DNA of 60,769 nt, filler included, from Hausera hauseri (lineage: Eukaryota): NCBI GenBank assembly GCA_046269625.1. It is 10 parts of 10 records of this genome, joined end to end, with 100 filler letters (N's around TTAATTAATTAA, not from the genome) between each part and the next. Parts side by side here need not be neighbours in the genome. Positions count along the whole stretch, not along the records: positions 1 to 7,869 come from JBJURY010899648.1; positions 7,970 to 20,647 come from JBJURY010017787.1; 8 more parts are not named here. One strand, written 5' to 3'. Made by a program: the position numbers and the translations under genes. Shown piece by piece: positions 1 through 12,764 of this stretch. The notes below the pieces were generated by a model. That model worked only from the letters and a program-made list of their open reading frames with translations. It had not been told where the DNA came from and ran no database searches. Each line of letters opens with the position of its first letter. Position 1 is the stretch's first letter.

Positions 1-448
1 AAAAATATTTACCAAGAATAGGCTGTCACGTCTCAAAGTTCATTTATAAAATTTATACTAGCGGAGTTTGTTTTATTTCGTATTAACGGCGTAAATTAAT
101 AACACAGTTTGATTTGTTATGTAATAGATATTTCAAAATTTTATAATAACGGGGTTTCATATAATCAGGTTATACCGTACTTGTTATTTATAGTCAAATA
201 GTATTTGATTTACTTAACCACAATGATGCAAACATTAAACATCAAAAGTAGTCTAATATTGTCTAATAAATAAAACTATATAGATATCGAATAGTCATAT
301 AAATTATCATACTTATAATTTACGGTCAAATGGTATTTGATCCGGTTTTGTTTATATTCTCACATCAATTTGTTGAACATTACGAATTTGTATTTTTATT
401 TAATTTCTATTTTTTCTCATTGACAAATTTCATATGAATTTTAGTTGC

Positions 449-3400
449 ATGGCACGTCGATCAAATGCCAAATTAAAGCTAGATAAATGTAAAATTGATG
501 ATGATAATAATAATCAACAAATAAATAGTGAAAATGATGGAATTAACAATGGTAATCAATGCAATGATGAAATGAAACCAGATAAAATTATTTTGATGGC
601 ATTTTGTAAACGATATATTGAACATACTAATGGCAAAACGATTGAATTAGTATCGGAATTGAATCAATTACGCCAAATCGACAGTAGTAACGTCGGTAGA
701 GATGCTTATTCACGATTGCTCGTCGAGGAGGAACAGATCAGTCGTAAATTACAGGAAATCCGCCGACAGAATCATTTAATTAGTGAATTTATGGAACAAG
801 GACAGCCAATGGGCCGGCCAAGATTTCATTGGGATTTTTTGTTGTCGGAAATGGTTTGGTTGGCCGATGATTTTGGTCGGGAAAAGGCATGGAAAAGGAT
901 AGCTGCAAAGAAGGTGAATCTATAACAAGAATTGTCGTTGAAATTTTCGATTTCAGCTTGCCAATGCCGTTGTGAAGTCGATCCGAGAGAAAAAGAAGAA
1001 GATCTCGAAGGACGCCAAACAGGAAACGTTCAAAGTCCGACGAAATTGTGCCAGTGTTGCAAAAATCGTTAAAGATTGGTGGCGACAAATGGAGAAGGTG
1101 AAATATTGTCCAGTTTTAGTTGTGTGTTACTCGATAATAAGATCGTGTTGGCCAAACAACAGTTCCGACTGAATGCTAAACGGCAGGAGGCCGTTACGAC
1201 GCATCTGGGCAAAGTGATTGAGACGACGGAGAAATATACGGAATGGTTGACGGAGGATTTGCGACCGACTGGCAGTGGTGATTTGACGGAATATGCGGAT
1301 GATCCGGATTTTCTGGTAGATGCGTTGTTGCCGTTGGTGATTTGTTGAACGTTCGTTGGTAGGTGGAATCGGATGAATTGGACGTGCCGGATGATGAGGA
1401 GACAATTGAGATTGATGAACAGGAACATGATGTTGATGAGGATGATGAGGTTGGGGATTTGTTACGTGAGGCAACGATGGATATTGATACGTTGTTGTCA
1501 ACGTTGCCTGATGAGTATGTATCGTGTGCTGTTAATGGTAATGAGATGGATTGTGTTGGTTGTGACGACGACGATGATGATGATGATTCATTATGGGATG
1601 AGGAGGAAACGATGGTTGAACAAGAGGAATTTGAGGAGAAACATGGTGAAATGAATGATGATAATGAATTGGGAATGTTGGAGAAGGATGCAGAGATGAC
1701 AGTTGATGAATTGATTGGTATGTATAAGGAAAATGATGATGTTGATGAGTTGTTGTCATTATCAAGTAGTGAAATGACGGTATTGGATGATAGTAGTTGT
1801 GATGATGATGCCAATGCAAGTGCCAATGCAAGTGCTGATGAGGATGAATGCTACGGCATAAAATTGAATGCTATTGTCAATGATAACGGCAATAACGATA
1901 GAAATTCCATACGATTGCAGGTTATTAATCTATTCCTATTTCATTTGTTCATTTGCACTAATATCCACCATAGGATGATATCGAATTTCTAACTGAAGCA
2001 GCAATCAGTACACAACCAAAAGGAAACACGATCGAATCTGCAAGTGTGAATATCAAAGTACCGCATCTTATTCGACACACTCTACGAGAATATCAACTCG
2101 TCGGTCTGGATTGGTTAGCGGCCATTTATGAGAAACGATTGAATGGCATTCTGGCTGATGAGATGGGATTGGGCAAAACGATACAGACAATTGCGTTGTT
2201 GGCTTATTTGGCATGTGAACGCAGTATTTGGGGTCCGCATTTAATTGTCGTACCGACGAGTGTCATTTTGAATTGGCAAGTGGAATTTAAGAAGTGGTGT
2301 CCGGGATTTAAATTGTTAACTTATTACGGATCAGCAAAGGAACGGCGCGATAAACGTCGTGGCTGGACAAAAACGAATGCATTCCATGTTTGTATCACAT
2401 CGTATAAATTGGCAATTCAGGATTGTTTGGTATTTCGGAGGAAGAAATGGAAGTATTTGATTTTGGATGAGGTTTTGTAACTGATTTATGGTAATCTATA
2501 ATTCGCTTTTCCATTTGCATTTGCAGGCACAAAATATAAAGAATTTCAAATCCCAGCGCTGGCAAACTTTACTGACATTCAATAGTCAGCGACGTCTGCT
2601 GCTTACTGGGACTCCACTGCAGAACAGTTTGATGGAATTGTGGTCGTTGATGCATTTTCTTATGCCGAATATATTTCAGTCGCATAAGGAGTTTCAGGAA
2701 TGGTTTGGTTCTCCATTGACTGGTAAGTAGGTAATATGCCATGTGTGTGTGTGTGTGTGTGTGTCATGAATGCGCGCTGATGCAGGGGACGAGGGGCGGG
2801 GGGGGGATAATGTCATGATTCCGCATCAGCGTGCCAATTAGACCATACCCGTAATTGTGATTTTATTCATTAATACGAATTCATGCAGGAATGATTGAAG
2901 GCAATGCTGATTACAATGACCAATTAGTAAGACGACTCCATAAAGTTCTACGACCGTTTATCCTACGTCGATTGAAGAAGGACGTTGAAAAGCAAATGCC
3001 AAGGAAGTATGAACATATAATCATGTGCAAATTATCGACCCGGCAGCGATGTCTTTATGATGATTTTATGTCCTTGTCAAGGTACGTTTTGTGTGTGTGT
3101 GCGTGTGTGTGTGTGTGTTTATTGTGATCAATACCCCCCTGCCTCCTTATAACGGGCATTTTACAGCACTCAGGATACACTAACCAATGGACAATTTCTC
3201 AGTATCATCAACATCCTCATGCAACTCAGGAAAGTTTGTAACCATCCAAATTTATTCGAAACTCGACCAACGATATCTCCCTTTCTCGTTTTCGATCAGA
3301 TGAATTTACAATTTCCTTCGGTAGTATTCATCAACGATTTTTATTCCCATGCAGACAATCGTAACCAATTTCCATACTTGTCATCAAATTTCGTTCAAAT

Positions 3401-4489
3401 GGCTCTCGATTTACCGAAATTTGCTGCTGAACGAATATTCGGTTTGAAACCGCGACCGAATTTGATTGAGGAAGTTGATGTCATTCGTGTGGAAGATTGG
3501 GGTATTGTTGTATATTTTATCATCGTCATTGCCATTCGATAGTATCCGTCAACAAATCCTTGTCCGGCCATAAGAACAGCAAGCAGTTTCTATTCCGCAC
3601 CATGTTCACGGCGAATGTTGCGGAGGACAATGGCAAGGCATTGGGAGAAGATGGTAATGTTAAATTGATTTGTGTGTGTATTTTATTGTGTAGCAGAGCC
3701 GGTCGTTTTGGATGCGATTCAATTGTTGGACAGGAGTTTTACTGGTTGTCATGTAGTTAGAGGTATGTGATGGCTAACGTAGGGATGGGGGGTGAGGTGG
3801 GGTGGGTATGGGCGGTGATTAGACTGCGGTGTGTGTGTGTGTGTGTGTGTGGAACAAGTGAATTACCGTGTCATGATGATGATGATTTGCTGTCAACCGA
3901 CTTATTCCATTGTTCCACCAATGGTAAATGCCACACACACACACACACGCACACGCATATTTATGTGACCGTTGTATATTCAGATGCATCAACAAGCAGA
4001 CAGGATCAATTCTTACCGCAACAAATACTCATCAACAGAACATCACAGAGAAGGCAAATTTTAAACAGCATGTCATTCCGAAATGAAATACGCTGTTCTG
4101 TAACATCACCATTCGGTCCTGATGTTGTCGATGCCTTGTCCATAACACCGAATAATCTCGTAACTCTGCCAGGACTTGCTGGTAGGACAGTTGACGAAAT
4201 GTTCGCTGATGTAGCCGATTGGATAAAATTGTAAATTTTATTGTCTGTCTGTGTGTGCAGCTGATTAATCAACGCAATTTTTGTTGCATTAGATTCGTCT
4301 GCTTTGTACCGGCTGCCGTTTCCAATGGTGTAAGGATCAATAAACCCTGCATTTCACGGGTTCGGGAATGCCTTGTCCATGATTGCATTGTGGCATGGAC
4401 GAAGCAATTGACACCGATTGGTTGTTTCCATGTTGTGAATCAGCAACAGGTCCAGTTTCCTGATACTCGACTTATCCAATATGACTGCG
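449..4489 (+). CDS. SRCAP: Domino/SRCAP/p400 (SWR1-family) chromatin-remodelling ATPase, multi-exon, 3'-partial
   Basis: HSA motif HWDFLLSEMVWLADDF, an acidic region, then SNF2 motifs LREYQLVGLDWL, NGILADEMGLGKTIQTI, LILDEAQNIKNFKSQRW, LLLTGTPLQN, MQLRKVCNHPNLF, ending RLIQYDCG. GT-AG introns e.g. 914-956, 1098-1141, 1316-1362, 1921-1973, 2472-2526, 2723-2888. Start codon and later exon borders are approximate; the helicase C-lobe is not in this contig. Confidence 0.92.
2742..2764. repeat. (TG)n microsatellite in a Domino intron (others near 3090, 3830, 3932, 4640)
   Basis: Direct dinucleotide runs. Confidence 0.9.
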
Positions 4490-4689
4490 GTTAGTTGCCA
4501 TATTTCATTTTCTGTGCACAGCAATTCCATATTATGACATGGGAATGTTGTGCACAATTTCCTAAATTTGCGTTCCTTCATTTTCTGTGATTTGCTGCTT
4601 ATTTTCTGTACTTCTATTTGATTTGGAAATACCGGCAACACACACACACACACAGGCACACACACAGATATACATTGGTATGAAACATA

Positions 4690-7600
4690 CAATACAAGGA
4701 CAGGTAACAAAATATGAAAGTAAGTCGTCAGTAAGGCTAGAAAAATTACAGTTAATTACGAGAGGTACTTGAGAATAGTAAGAAAAGGTACAACAGAAAG
4801 GAAGTAAAACCAATAAGGATAGAGAGGATGAAGGTAAGAAAGGCGAATTAAAGCAGCTGCATTTCGAGAACTAAAAGAGCAACAAATTTGTGAGAGAATT
4901 GAGAAAATGAATGATGAGAAAGTTCGATCATTGCTCCTATTGGTAGATGGGAAAAGACTCGTGCATCAGAATCGGATACAGGAAAGAAGAATGAAGGAAA
5001 AGGATAAACCTTTGATACAAGAAGAGGAATTGAAGACGCCGGAACGGAATTTATGTTCCAAAAGTGGAAGTGAAAACAGTGAGTGAAGTGGGGAAAGTGA
5101 ATGCAAAGGAAAAATCAGCAGTTACGAATGCCCGACTGTGAAATTAGATCAGAATGATACAGAAATAATTCGGAATTCAGCATCAGTTGAACCAACTACT
5201 CTGTTCGAGTCAACGAATTAATATTGGAAATATTCGGTTGAAGGCTCAAAAGGAAAAATTATTAATAAAAGAATGTTTGTGACTGGAACAATTGACAAGA
5301 CAGGATATAGTAAGGGTGCCATTGAGCATGGGTATGACTGAGAATCGCACCATAGTATGCTGAGCAAATCCCCGACATGGAATGAGATTTAAATTATAAA
5401 TTGATACCAGCAGATGTGACCATACAGTATTTCGATTAAATTATAAAGGGATATTATTCTTATCCACAGCAGAAATAACAAAAGCCAAAAGGAACATTGA
5501 TAAATCAGAGATGAAACCTCACCTTTATTTCCATACGAAAATTGATTTTATTTATGATTTCCAACAATAAAATATTGACGCAGTGTATCGAGATGTAATA
5601 TTAAATGATTGCAAATTGAATAGGGAGGTAATGAGAAATCGGATAGATTTGTCATCAATAACGGATGGAATGATAAAATATCCAGCCGAATCACCTCAAG
5701 CAGAGAGGAAGTTCGCTCGAACAATGGGTGAAACACTCAAATGAAGAGCAACAACTGACTGTACCATGGAGTTACCTATTTGGTACAAGGAAAAACCACG
5801 TTTATTGCAACCAATCACGCACATATTATCGGATCCGGCTGAAAAACCGTATTTACATCAAAATTGTACATACACTGTCGCCAGCATATCGATTAACCGA
5901 TAACTTATGGATAAGGATGCTGAAAAAGGTGCAGATTACTCCATATCGGCGGATTACTTTGATCAATTTGAAAACGGAACAAACATACAAACCATTAACA
6001 GATCTTGTAAAGATGGGCGTATATTCCGAACAAGATATGGGAAACCATAGACGGATGATGATGTTTCGTCAACACAGACAATGAAAGTGTTAGCTGACCA
6101 CACTGGGAAGGCTAACTGGGAAAATGTGATGGGATTGGACTATGGAAAGAAAATAGCTAAGGATATTCGCAACTGCATGGGGATGGTACATGTGGTTTGG
6201 TCAATTTAACTGTGGATGGCTAGGATTTTACTATATCTTTGCTTTTATAAAATCAATTGTGACCATGGTAACTGAGGGATGGGGTATTAAACAAGCTGCT
6301 GGATGCACGTGGAAAATTATTTATGCATTGATTCCATCCATAGCCAGTTGCTTTTTAATGAAAATGGGGATGGTGAATGGAAGCAGAAGCATATAAATAA
6401 GATTGAGGAGGATGACAATGATGAGGATAAACTTCAGCAGAAAAGGTAAATTCGAAAAATCCTAAATCAATAGAAAAAAATAAAGACATGGAGCCTGATT
6501 ACTGCTGGAAGTAAGAAACGGAGGACATTGTTATTTGATATCGCACAGATGAGGAAATGGAATGAGTATCCAATGGAACAGTCATATTTTATACCTACCA
6601 ATGAATATATGGGCATACATTGTTCAGGCGATATGGATTATTATGATGAGAAATGTGCAAAGCTGATGCTTTATCCATCAGCTGCAAAGGACGCTGCAAT
6701 AACCAGCATAGACGGGGGTAAGGTAATTTGGATAGATGGATATCCTATTGCAGCTATAATTGATACCGGAACATGGGCCTCAATGATTTTATGCAAACAA
6801 CTGCCGGAACAAGTAAAGAAGAAGTTACAGAAACCCACAGAAGACATTACAAATATTTTGAATACAAAATTTATACTTGATCAAATGCGACACAGAAGTC
6901 CTTAACCAGAAATTTAAAGAGGAATTTAGAATAGGTGACGAATTGCTGGCTGAAGCTATACTCGAATGCGATGCGTTAGCAAAATGAAAAGATGTGTGTA
7001 CATTTGGTGACTCAACAAATCCAGTCACACGGAAAAGCAAGGAACGAGAAAAAAGATAGTGGCAGCTACAGCGGAGATTGTGCTCAAAGCTGCAGTAGAA
7101 GGTCGAAACGAAGTAGATGATTATATTGAACCAAACTTAACTTTCATGGACAAGAATGTGCTGTGGTAGCTCATACAATTGATAACATTCGAGAACAATA
7201 AGTAATTGTTCGAATAGCCAATGCCTCTAGTAAACGTAAGTTGATTAGAAAAGAAACAAGAATTGCCTATGTATAGGTAATAAAGCGATGGAAGGCATTA
7301 TTTCAACTGTACAGGAGTTGTCTGAATTCATGGAAAGACAACGACATAAACTGCGAATAGAAGGCTATAATTACTATGGACGCTGCACACACAATGTGTT
7401 ATGTGAATGATGTTATAATCGGTTCAGCTGATTATAACCAGCATAAGGAATATCTCAAACATATGGTAGAGAGATGCACACTTTTAGCAATTGAAATAAG
7501 TTTTAAAAATGCTGACTTTATACGCCATACAGTAAGTAGGGACGGTATTAGTCCACAGATTGGAAAGATCAATAAAATTCAGGATTTTCCAGTCCCAAAG

Positions 7601-7869
7601 GCAGTTAGTGGAGTTCGAAAATTTCTTGGCCTTATTGTCAGCAAATAGCTTCTTCCCTACATTGGTTATTGCAAGCAAAGTGAGCTTATATGGGCACAGA
7701 AGGATAATTTACTGGCTCCACCGATATTAGCTTATGCAGATATGTTGAAACCATATTTTGTAGCTACGGATGCAAGTACGAATTGGAGTAGTTTTATCAC
7801 CAAAATATGAACAAGGACAGGAACATGCTATATCATTCGGAGGACGGAAGCTGAGAAAGCAGGAGAAAA
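4690..7869 (+). mobile_element. Heavily deleted Ty3/Gypsy element (env-before-pol type), apparently inserted in a Domino intron
   Basis: ~5000-5170 (KDKPLIQEEELKT..SGSE) resembles the 43477-43850 element. Then a glycoprotein remnant, protease IDGYPIAAIIDTG (~6730-6770), degenerate RT (CYVNDVII, VSGVRKFLGL) and RNase H (VATDAS ~7760). Left border approximate. Confidence 0.8.
5225..6396 (+). pseudogene. Chuvirus-like envelope glycoprotein remnant
   Basis: GKIINKRMFVTGTIDKTGYSKGA, GVYSEQDMGNHRRMMMF and the TM region WFGQFNCGWLGFYYIFAFIKSIV align by eye with the 10917-12764 glycoprotein; many frameshifts. Confidence 0.75.
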
Positions 7870-7969
7870 NNNNNNNNNNNNNNNNNNNNNNNNNNNNNNN
7901 NNNNNNNNNNNNNTTAATTAATTAANNNNNNNNNNNNNNNNNNNNNNNNNNNNNNNNNNNNNNNNNNNN
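7870..7969. other. Artificial contig linker (N-TTAATTAATTAA-N). Same linker at 20648-20747, 27302-27401, 32859-32958, 37114-37213, 42411-42510, 47614-47713, 51759-51858, 56707-56806
   Basis: Identical 100-nt spacer with stops in all six frames. Confidence 0.99.
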
Positions 7970-10270
7970 TTTTCAGTTGTCGTTTTTTGGTATTTTTTCG
8001 TTTTGCACGAACTCGATAATTTGCTGAATAACCGTGTCTTTAGCTTGTTCAGTTGTAATTCTAATTGTCTTATTCGATATTAGGATTCTTTGTCGTTCAA
8101 CTGGCTGTTCGAGTTGTAGTTTCTTTAGTGTGGTGATTGCACTCGTTTTTGTCTTTAACCTTGACAGTGCGTCGGCGTCGACGTGTTTATTACCAGTTTT
8201 GTATTGGAATTCAATGTTATATTGTGAGATTTCCTCGATCCAACGATTCAGTCTAAATGTTGGGTTAATAGCTCATCCTTTTAATGTCGTAACTGCTTTG
8301 TGGTCGGTTACTATTATAATCTTTTGTCCGTATACATAGACATTAAAATATCGTAGTGCTTCCTTTACGGCTAGCGTTTCTAATTCGGTAAGTGATTAAT
8401 TCTTTTCTGCTTTTTTAACGAGCGTCTATCATAGGCTATTGGATGTTCTAGTTCTTCCTCTTCTTGTTTCTGAGTTAGTTCGTATCCTATGCCTTCTTTA
8501 CTTGCATCTGTTTTAATGATGAATGGTAGATTAAAATCCTGATATCTTATGACTGGTCCGCTTGTCAAAATCGTCTTCATTTCATTGAATGCTTTTTGCT
8601 CCGCTTCTATCCATCTCCATTTAGTTCGTTTTTTGAGTTGACAATACACTGGTGCGTTAATTTTCGAATTGTCTGGTACGTAAGTGGCATAATACCCACA
8701 TAGGCCTAACCAATGCCTTAACTCTTTTTGGTTCTGCGGTTCCATACAATCGGATATTTTGTTTAGTAATGATTAATCTGGTTTAGATCCTCCTTCTTCG
8801 ACTATATGTCCGAGGTATAATACTGCGTTCTGTGCCCATTTACATTTCTTTAGATTTAGTTTTAATCCTGCTTGTTCCAATCGCATGAGTGTATCTTCAA
8901 TGTCCTTTAAGTGTTCTTCTTCTGTTTTTGATGCTGTCATCACGTCGTCTATGTAGGCGAATTCATGATCAAGTCCATAAATATTTTGTTCATCATTCGA
9001 ATAAAAATAGCTGGTCCTGTGGTGATGCCGAAAGGCATAACATTAAATTCGTATACGCCATCGTGTGTTTTGAACGCTGACTTATATCGATCCTCTTCTT
9101 CGATTTCCACTTGCCAGTATCCCGATTGTAAGTCGAGAGTGGTAAACAATTTCGCTCCAGATAGTCTATCTAATGCGTCTTTTACCGGTGATAATGAGAA
9201 CGAGTCCCTCATCATAAGCGTATTTAGCGCCCGATAATATATGCAAAATCGACGTTTCGTAGTTCCTTTCATTTTAACCATAAGTATAGGCGAGTACCAT
9301 GATCGATAGCTGGATCGAATTATGTCGGCCTTTAACATTCGCTCTACCTCCTTAGCTATTTCTGGTTTTAATGAATAAGAGGGTGGATACAATTTGGGCA
9401 TTTTTTGTTCTTCTAGATCGATTTCGTCATTTGAACTGGGTTTCTTCCTCAATGAAATTGTTAATCGTAGGGCCTTGACTCTACCGATGTATTCTTCATT
9501 TTGCGAGATTATCGATCAGTATTTACAGAGTAATTCATGAAATTTACAGTACGCCTCAGGAGAAAATTTGGTTTCAACGTGAGGTGGAAATTCTGCATAA
9601 TTGTATGGTTTTTCCTCTATCGTCACTGCCGATACTCTGCAAGTGTGACCCAAAATAGTGTTAACGTACAATCTTACGGGGATTGGTGCATTGTTGACTA
9701 GTCTTATAGGTATTCGTCCCGTTACTACGATACATAGAATATTGCTAAACGTAAGGTTGAGATCGATATTCCCTTGGGGCTCGAAGTATACTGGCAGATC
9801 CTCGTCCTGTCGAATATGTGCGAAAATTATCATTTCGGTTCTAGGCGGAATGTCTTCATCTACCGGAATCCATACTTCTCCCGATTTCCTTTCCTTTATT
9901 ACTTTTGTACCTTTTATTGGTTCAAGTTCACTTAATTTTCCGATATGCACATCAATCGCTATGCCTGGTATCTGCTTCAATATGTCACATCCTAGTACTA
10001 CATCGTCCGTTAATTGGTCCATTATCGCAAATTTGTGTTGAAGTGCTTGGTCCATCATATAGACAGTAGGAGTCCATTTAAATTTCGGCTTTGATACTTT
10101 TCCAAATGCTCCTACGCTACCTGGGTCTGATGATGCGGGTGGGCATAATTGGTCGCGTAATATAGTTGGTATTGATTCGTATTTCACAAATGACTTTTCC
10201 GATCCTGTGTCGATTAGGGCATATACTTCCCAATCTTCGATGTATATTTTAGCAAAGGGTCTTCCTTCTA
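7970..10270 (-). pseudogene. pol: aspartic protease, dUTPase-like spacer, reverse transcriptase, RNase H
   Basis: PFAKIYIEDWEVYALIDTGS (~10200-10260); WYSPILMVK, LDLQSGYWQV, YEFNVMPFG, AYIDD (~8945-8959); LRHWLGLCGYY, FIIKTDASKEGIG. Confidence 0.93.
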
Positions 10271-10916
10271 CTACCGTTCCAAAACAATTTGCTGCTATCT
10301 TCGACCGTTTTATAGTAGAGACTCTATGTCCGTTTATTGTGATTTCTGGCGATGAGATAATATCTTGCCTTAAATGTCTTAATTCTCCGTTCGGTTACAA
10401 GTCGTTAATTGTTATCTCAGTAACGCGACCGTCGATGAGCGGTTCCTGGGGTAGTGAACTCGAGATTGAACACAGTTTCGGGTTTTCCCAGATCGTTGAT
10501 TTTGATTCAATATAATGCGGTATCCTTTTTGAGTATAATATTCCGTGATCGTTTCCTATTAATCCTTGATTGGTGACATTCATTTTCCGTAGTATCCCAT
10601 ATTGTTTCGTCTTTTCATAAGGATCTTCATAGTCAATGGGTTTGCGGTAGATGTCGGACCTGTACGACACAACAGATTTTTGGTCACAGTCTTCATATAT
10701 TGGCGCAGTCGGTAACTGGCTGGGTATTGGTGTGTTTATCACCGAGTACATCCTATGTATCTTTATTCTGGAATTCCCTTCTCCTCCCTCAGGCTCGTCA
10801 TCGTCTGAATCATCCCTTCGTGTTATTGTTTTCTTGCTTTTACGTCTATACAGAATCGAGGGCCGCCTTCGTCGTTTGCGAGTATAATACCCAACGTGCC
10901 GTTCTTTGTCATTCTT

Positions 10917-12764
10917 TTAGCGATTTTCTTCATAGGACTTGAGCATTTTTCCGAAGGGCGTGATAATTTCAGTCAAAATTTTGCAGGAAAACCTTGTTAG
11001 TGTGAATATTTTGTAGGCGTTGATGATGGCTTGGATCACTTCTTTAATTAGCTGAACTAAAAAATAGATGGCTAAGAATCCCGATGCAGCTTGTCCAAAA
11101 ATTAGACATCTTCCCCAAATCTTATACAATATTTCTAAAGTTACTCCTTGATAGTGATTAGCACCAAGTAGCGATTCCCATTTTGCTTGGAAGCGGGTGT
11201 CATCCATAACCACTGACATGGACCGATTCAGTTTATAAGTTCTCTGTCGCGGAAATGCTAAGAATTGCCTAAAGGCTTCTATGTCCTTTGGCCTATAAAT
11301 TCCTTTATTGGCCGTGTCCTCGAACTTCTCTTCAGATAATCCTTTTATTAAATTTGTCCCAGTTAGTTTACTGGGAGTTTTAGCAGCGCCTGCATTTGGT
11401 AAACTTATCCAGTCGATTCCGATACGTCGAAACATAGGTTCGCCTAAGCTCGTTTTGCATGCTTTTAGTATTGTTGGTTCGGTTGAGTTTGCCAGTAATA
11501 CTCTGGTGAGTGGCATCGCTAGTCTCGGAATATTTTCATAGATGACCGGTAATTCTTGCATACATCTTTTCTCTTCTCCGTTAATCGGTACGTCTCTTTT
11601 CTCGCATTCGTAGGTTAATAGGACTTCCCCAGTAACTCGTCCGAAAACACTTTCTTTCATTGGTATAATTGATGATGCCACTTCTGGTTTGGCATAAATT
11701 AAGGCCAGTTTGGTTCTCATGACCTCAGTATCTAATCTGCAGTCATTTGTTATCATTTTATGATATAGCTCCGCTATTTCGGTTTGTCCTTTGTAATAAA
11801 CATAGTCGTCACGATTTTTGAGGTAATCTTCAATACGTATATCCTGCGTTTTCAAATCGTACGTTTTCATGTAAATATCGGTTTCCGCTAAAAAATGCTT
11901 CGTAGTTTGTGGAATACATAACTACATCGCAACATGTTAACATATCCTTTCTAATAAACTTCAATCCGTGTGCGTCCAATATCAATATCGTCGGTATGGG
12001 ATGTTCTATAACATCTTCCCGCAATCTAGTATTTGTGTGTAATTTATTTGTATAACGTTTTCCGGTTGTCTCATTAAACTTTAACTCTTTGATTTTGATG
12101 AAATTGCAATCTCTCTTAGAAGGTGGCTCCATACCTCGACTGAACTTCGAAATGTGCAAGCACCATCATGAATGTGACACTTTGGATTCTTGGTGAATAG
12201 TTTGGTAACACTATAAAACATTGCTTTCAATAATCTCAACTCGGTTTCGTAAAAATCTACGACTGATATTCCTCCTTCCTTTCCTTTTCCGGTGTCATAT
12301 TCTGCTCCAACACAATAACCGGTGTGCATATTTAGTTTTCCGACTGTCACTTTGTAGGCTGTAATGATTTTGACTTCTTGGGCTTCTAACTCCATGCCGT
12401 CCCAAACCATTTTGCCGGTTAGCTGGGCTCCTAAACAGTGTTGTCTATCCACGTTCATGGGGATTAATGGTGTGGTTGGTTTGATAACTGAAGAATGTCC
12501 ATGCATATTGCTACAATGAAAAACGCTGCGGGATCTCCGTATCATGCATTCGGACGCATCCATTGCGATTAATTCACGCTGTTGATATAATATATACCTT
12601 TTTTCTCTTCTTTCGAGCTTATGAGGTCTCACATCTTCGCATTTTTATTAGTTCATTAGAGAATATTTCTGACCCACCTTAAATTTATCACAGTCGTATA
12701 TGGTAACTGTCCCTAACTGCTTTACTAACATCATTATCGTCAGCAAGTTGATTAACAAACTGGA
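10917..12764 (-). pseudogene. Chuvirus (Jingchuvirales)-like envelope glycoprotein (env)
   Basis: Hydrophobic leader LLINLLTIMMLV, then YDC..YSL, CMIRRSRSVFHCSNMHGHSSV, GEVLLTYEC, CMQELPV, PLTRVL, PMF..W, GIY, and C-terminal TM WGRCLIFGQAASGFLAIYFLVQLIK. Broken into 3-4 ORFs. Confidence 0.82.

Noticed and set aside
1337-1362. Apparent 26-nt ultra-short intron
   Set aside because: An upstream in-phase GT at 1316 gives a 47-nt intron that matches neighbouring intron sizes and gives a better protein junction.
1069-1831. His-rich and Ser-rich minus-strand ORFs
   Set aside because: Antisense shadows of the GAT/GAG-rich acidic Domino exon.
7870-7969. Regularly recurring TTAATTAATTAA palindrome in N runs, resembling an array
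   Set aside because: Artificial six-frame-stop contig linker; not biological, and it breaks synteny.
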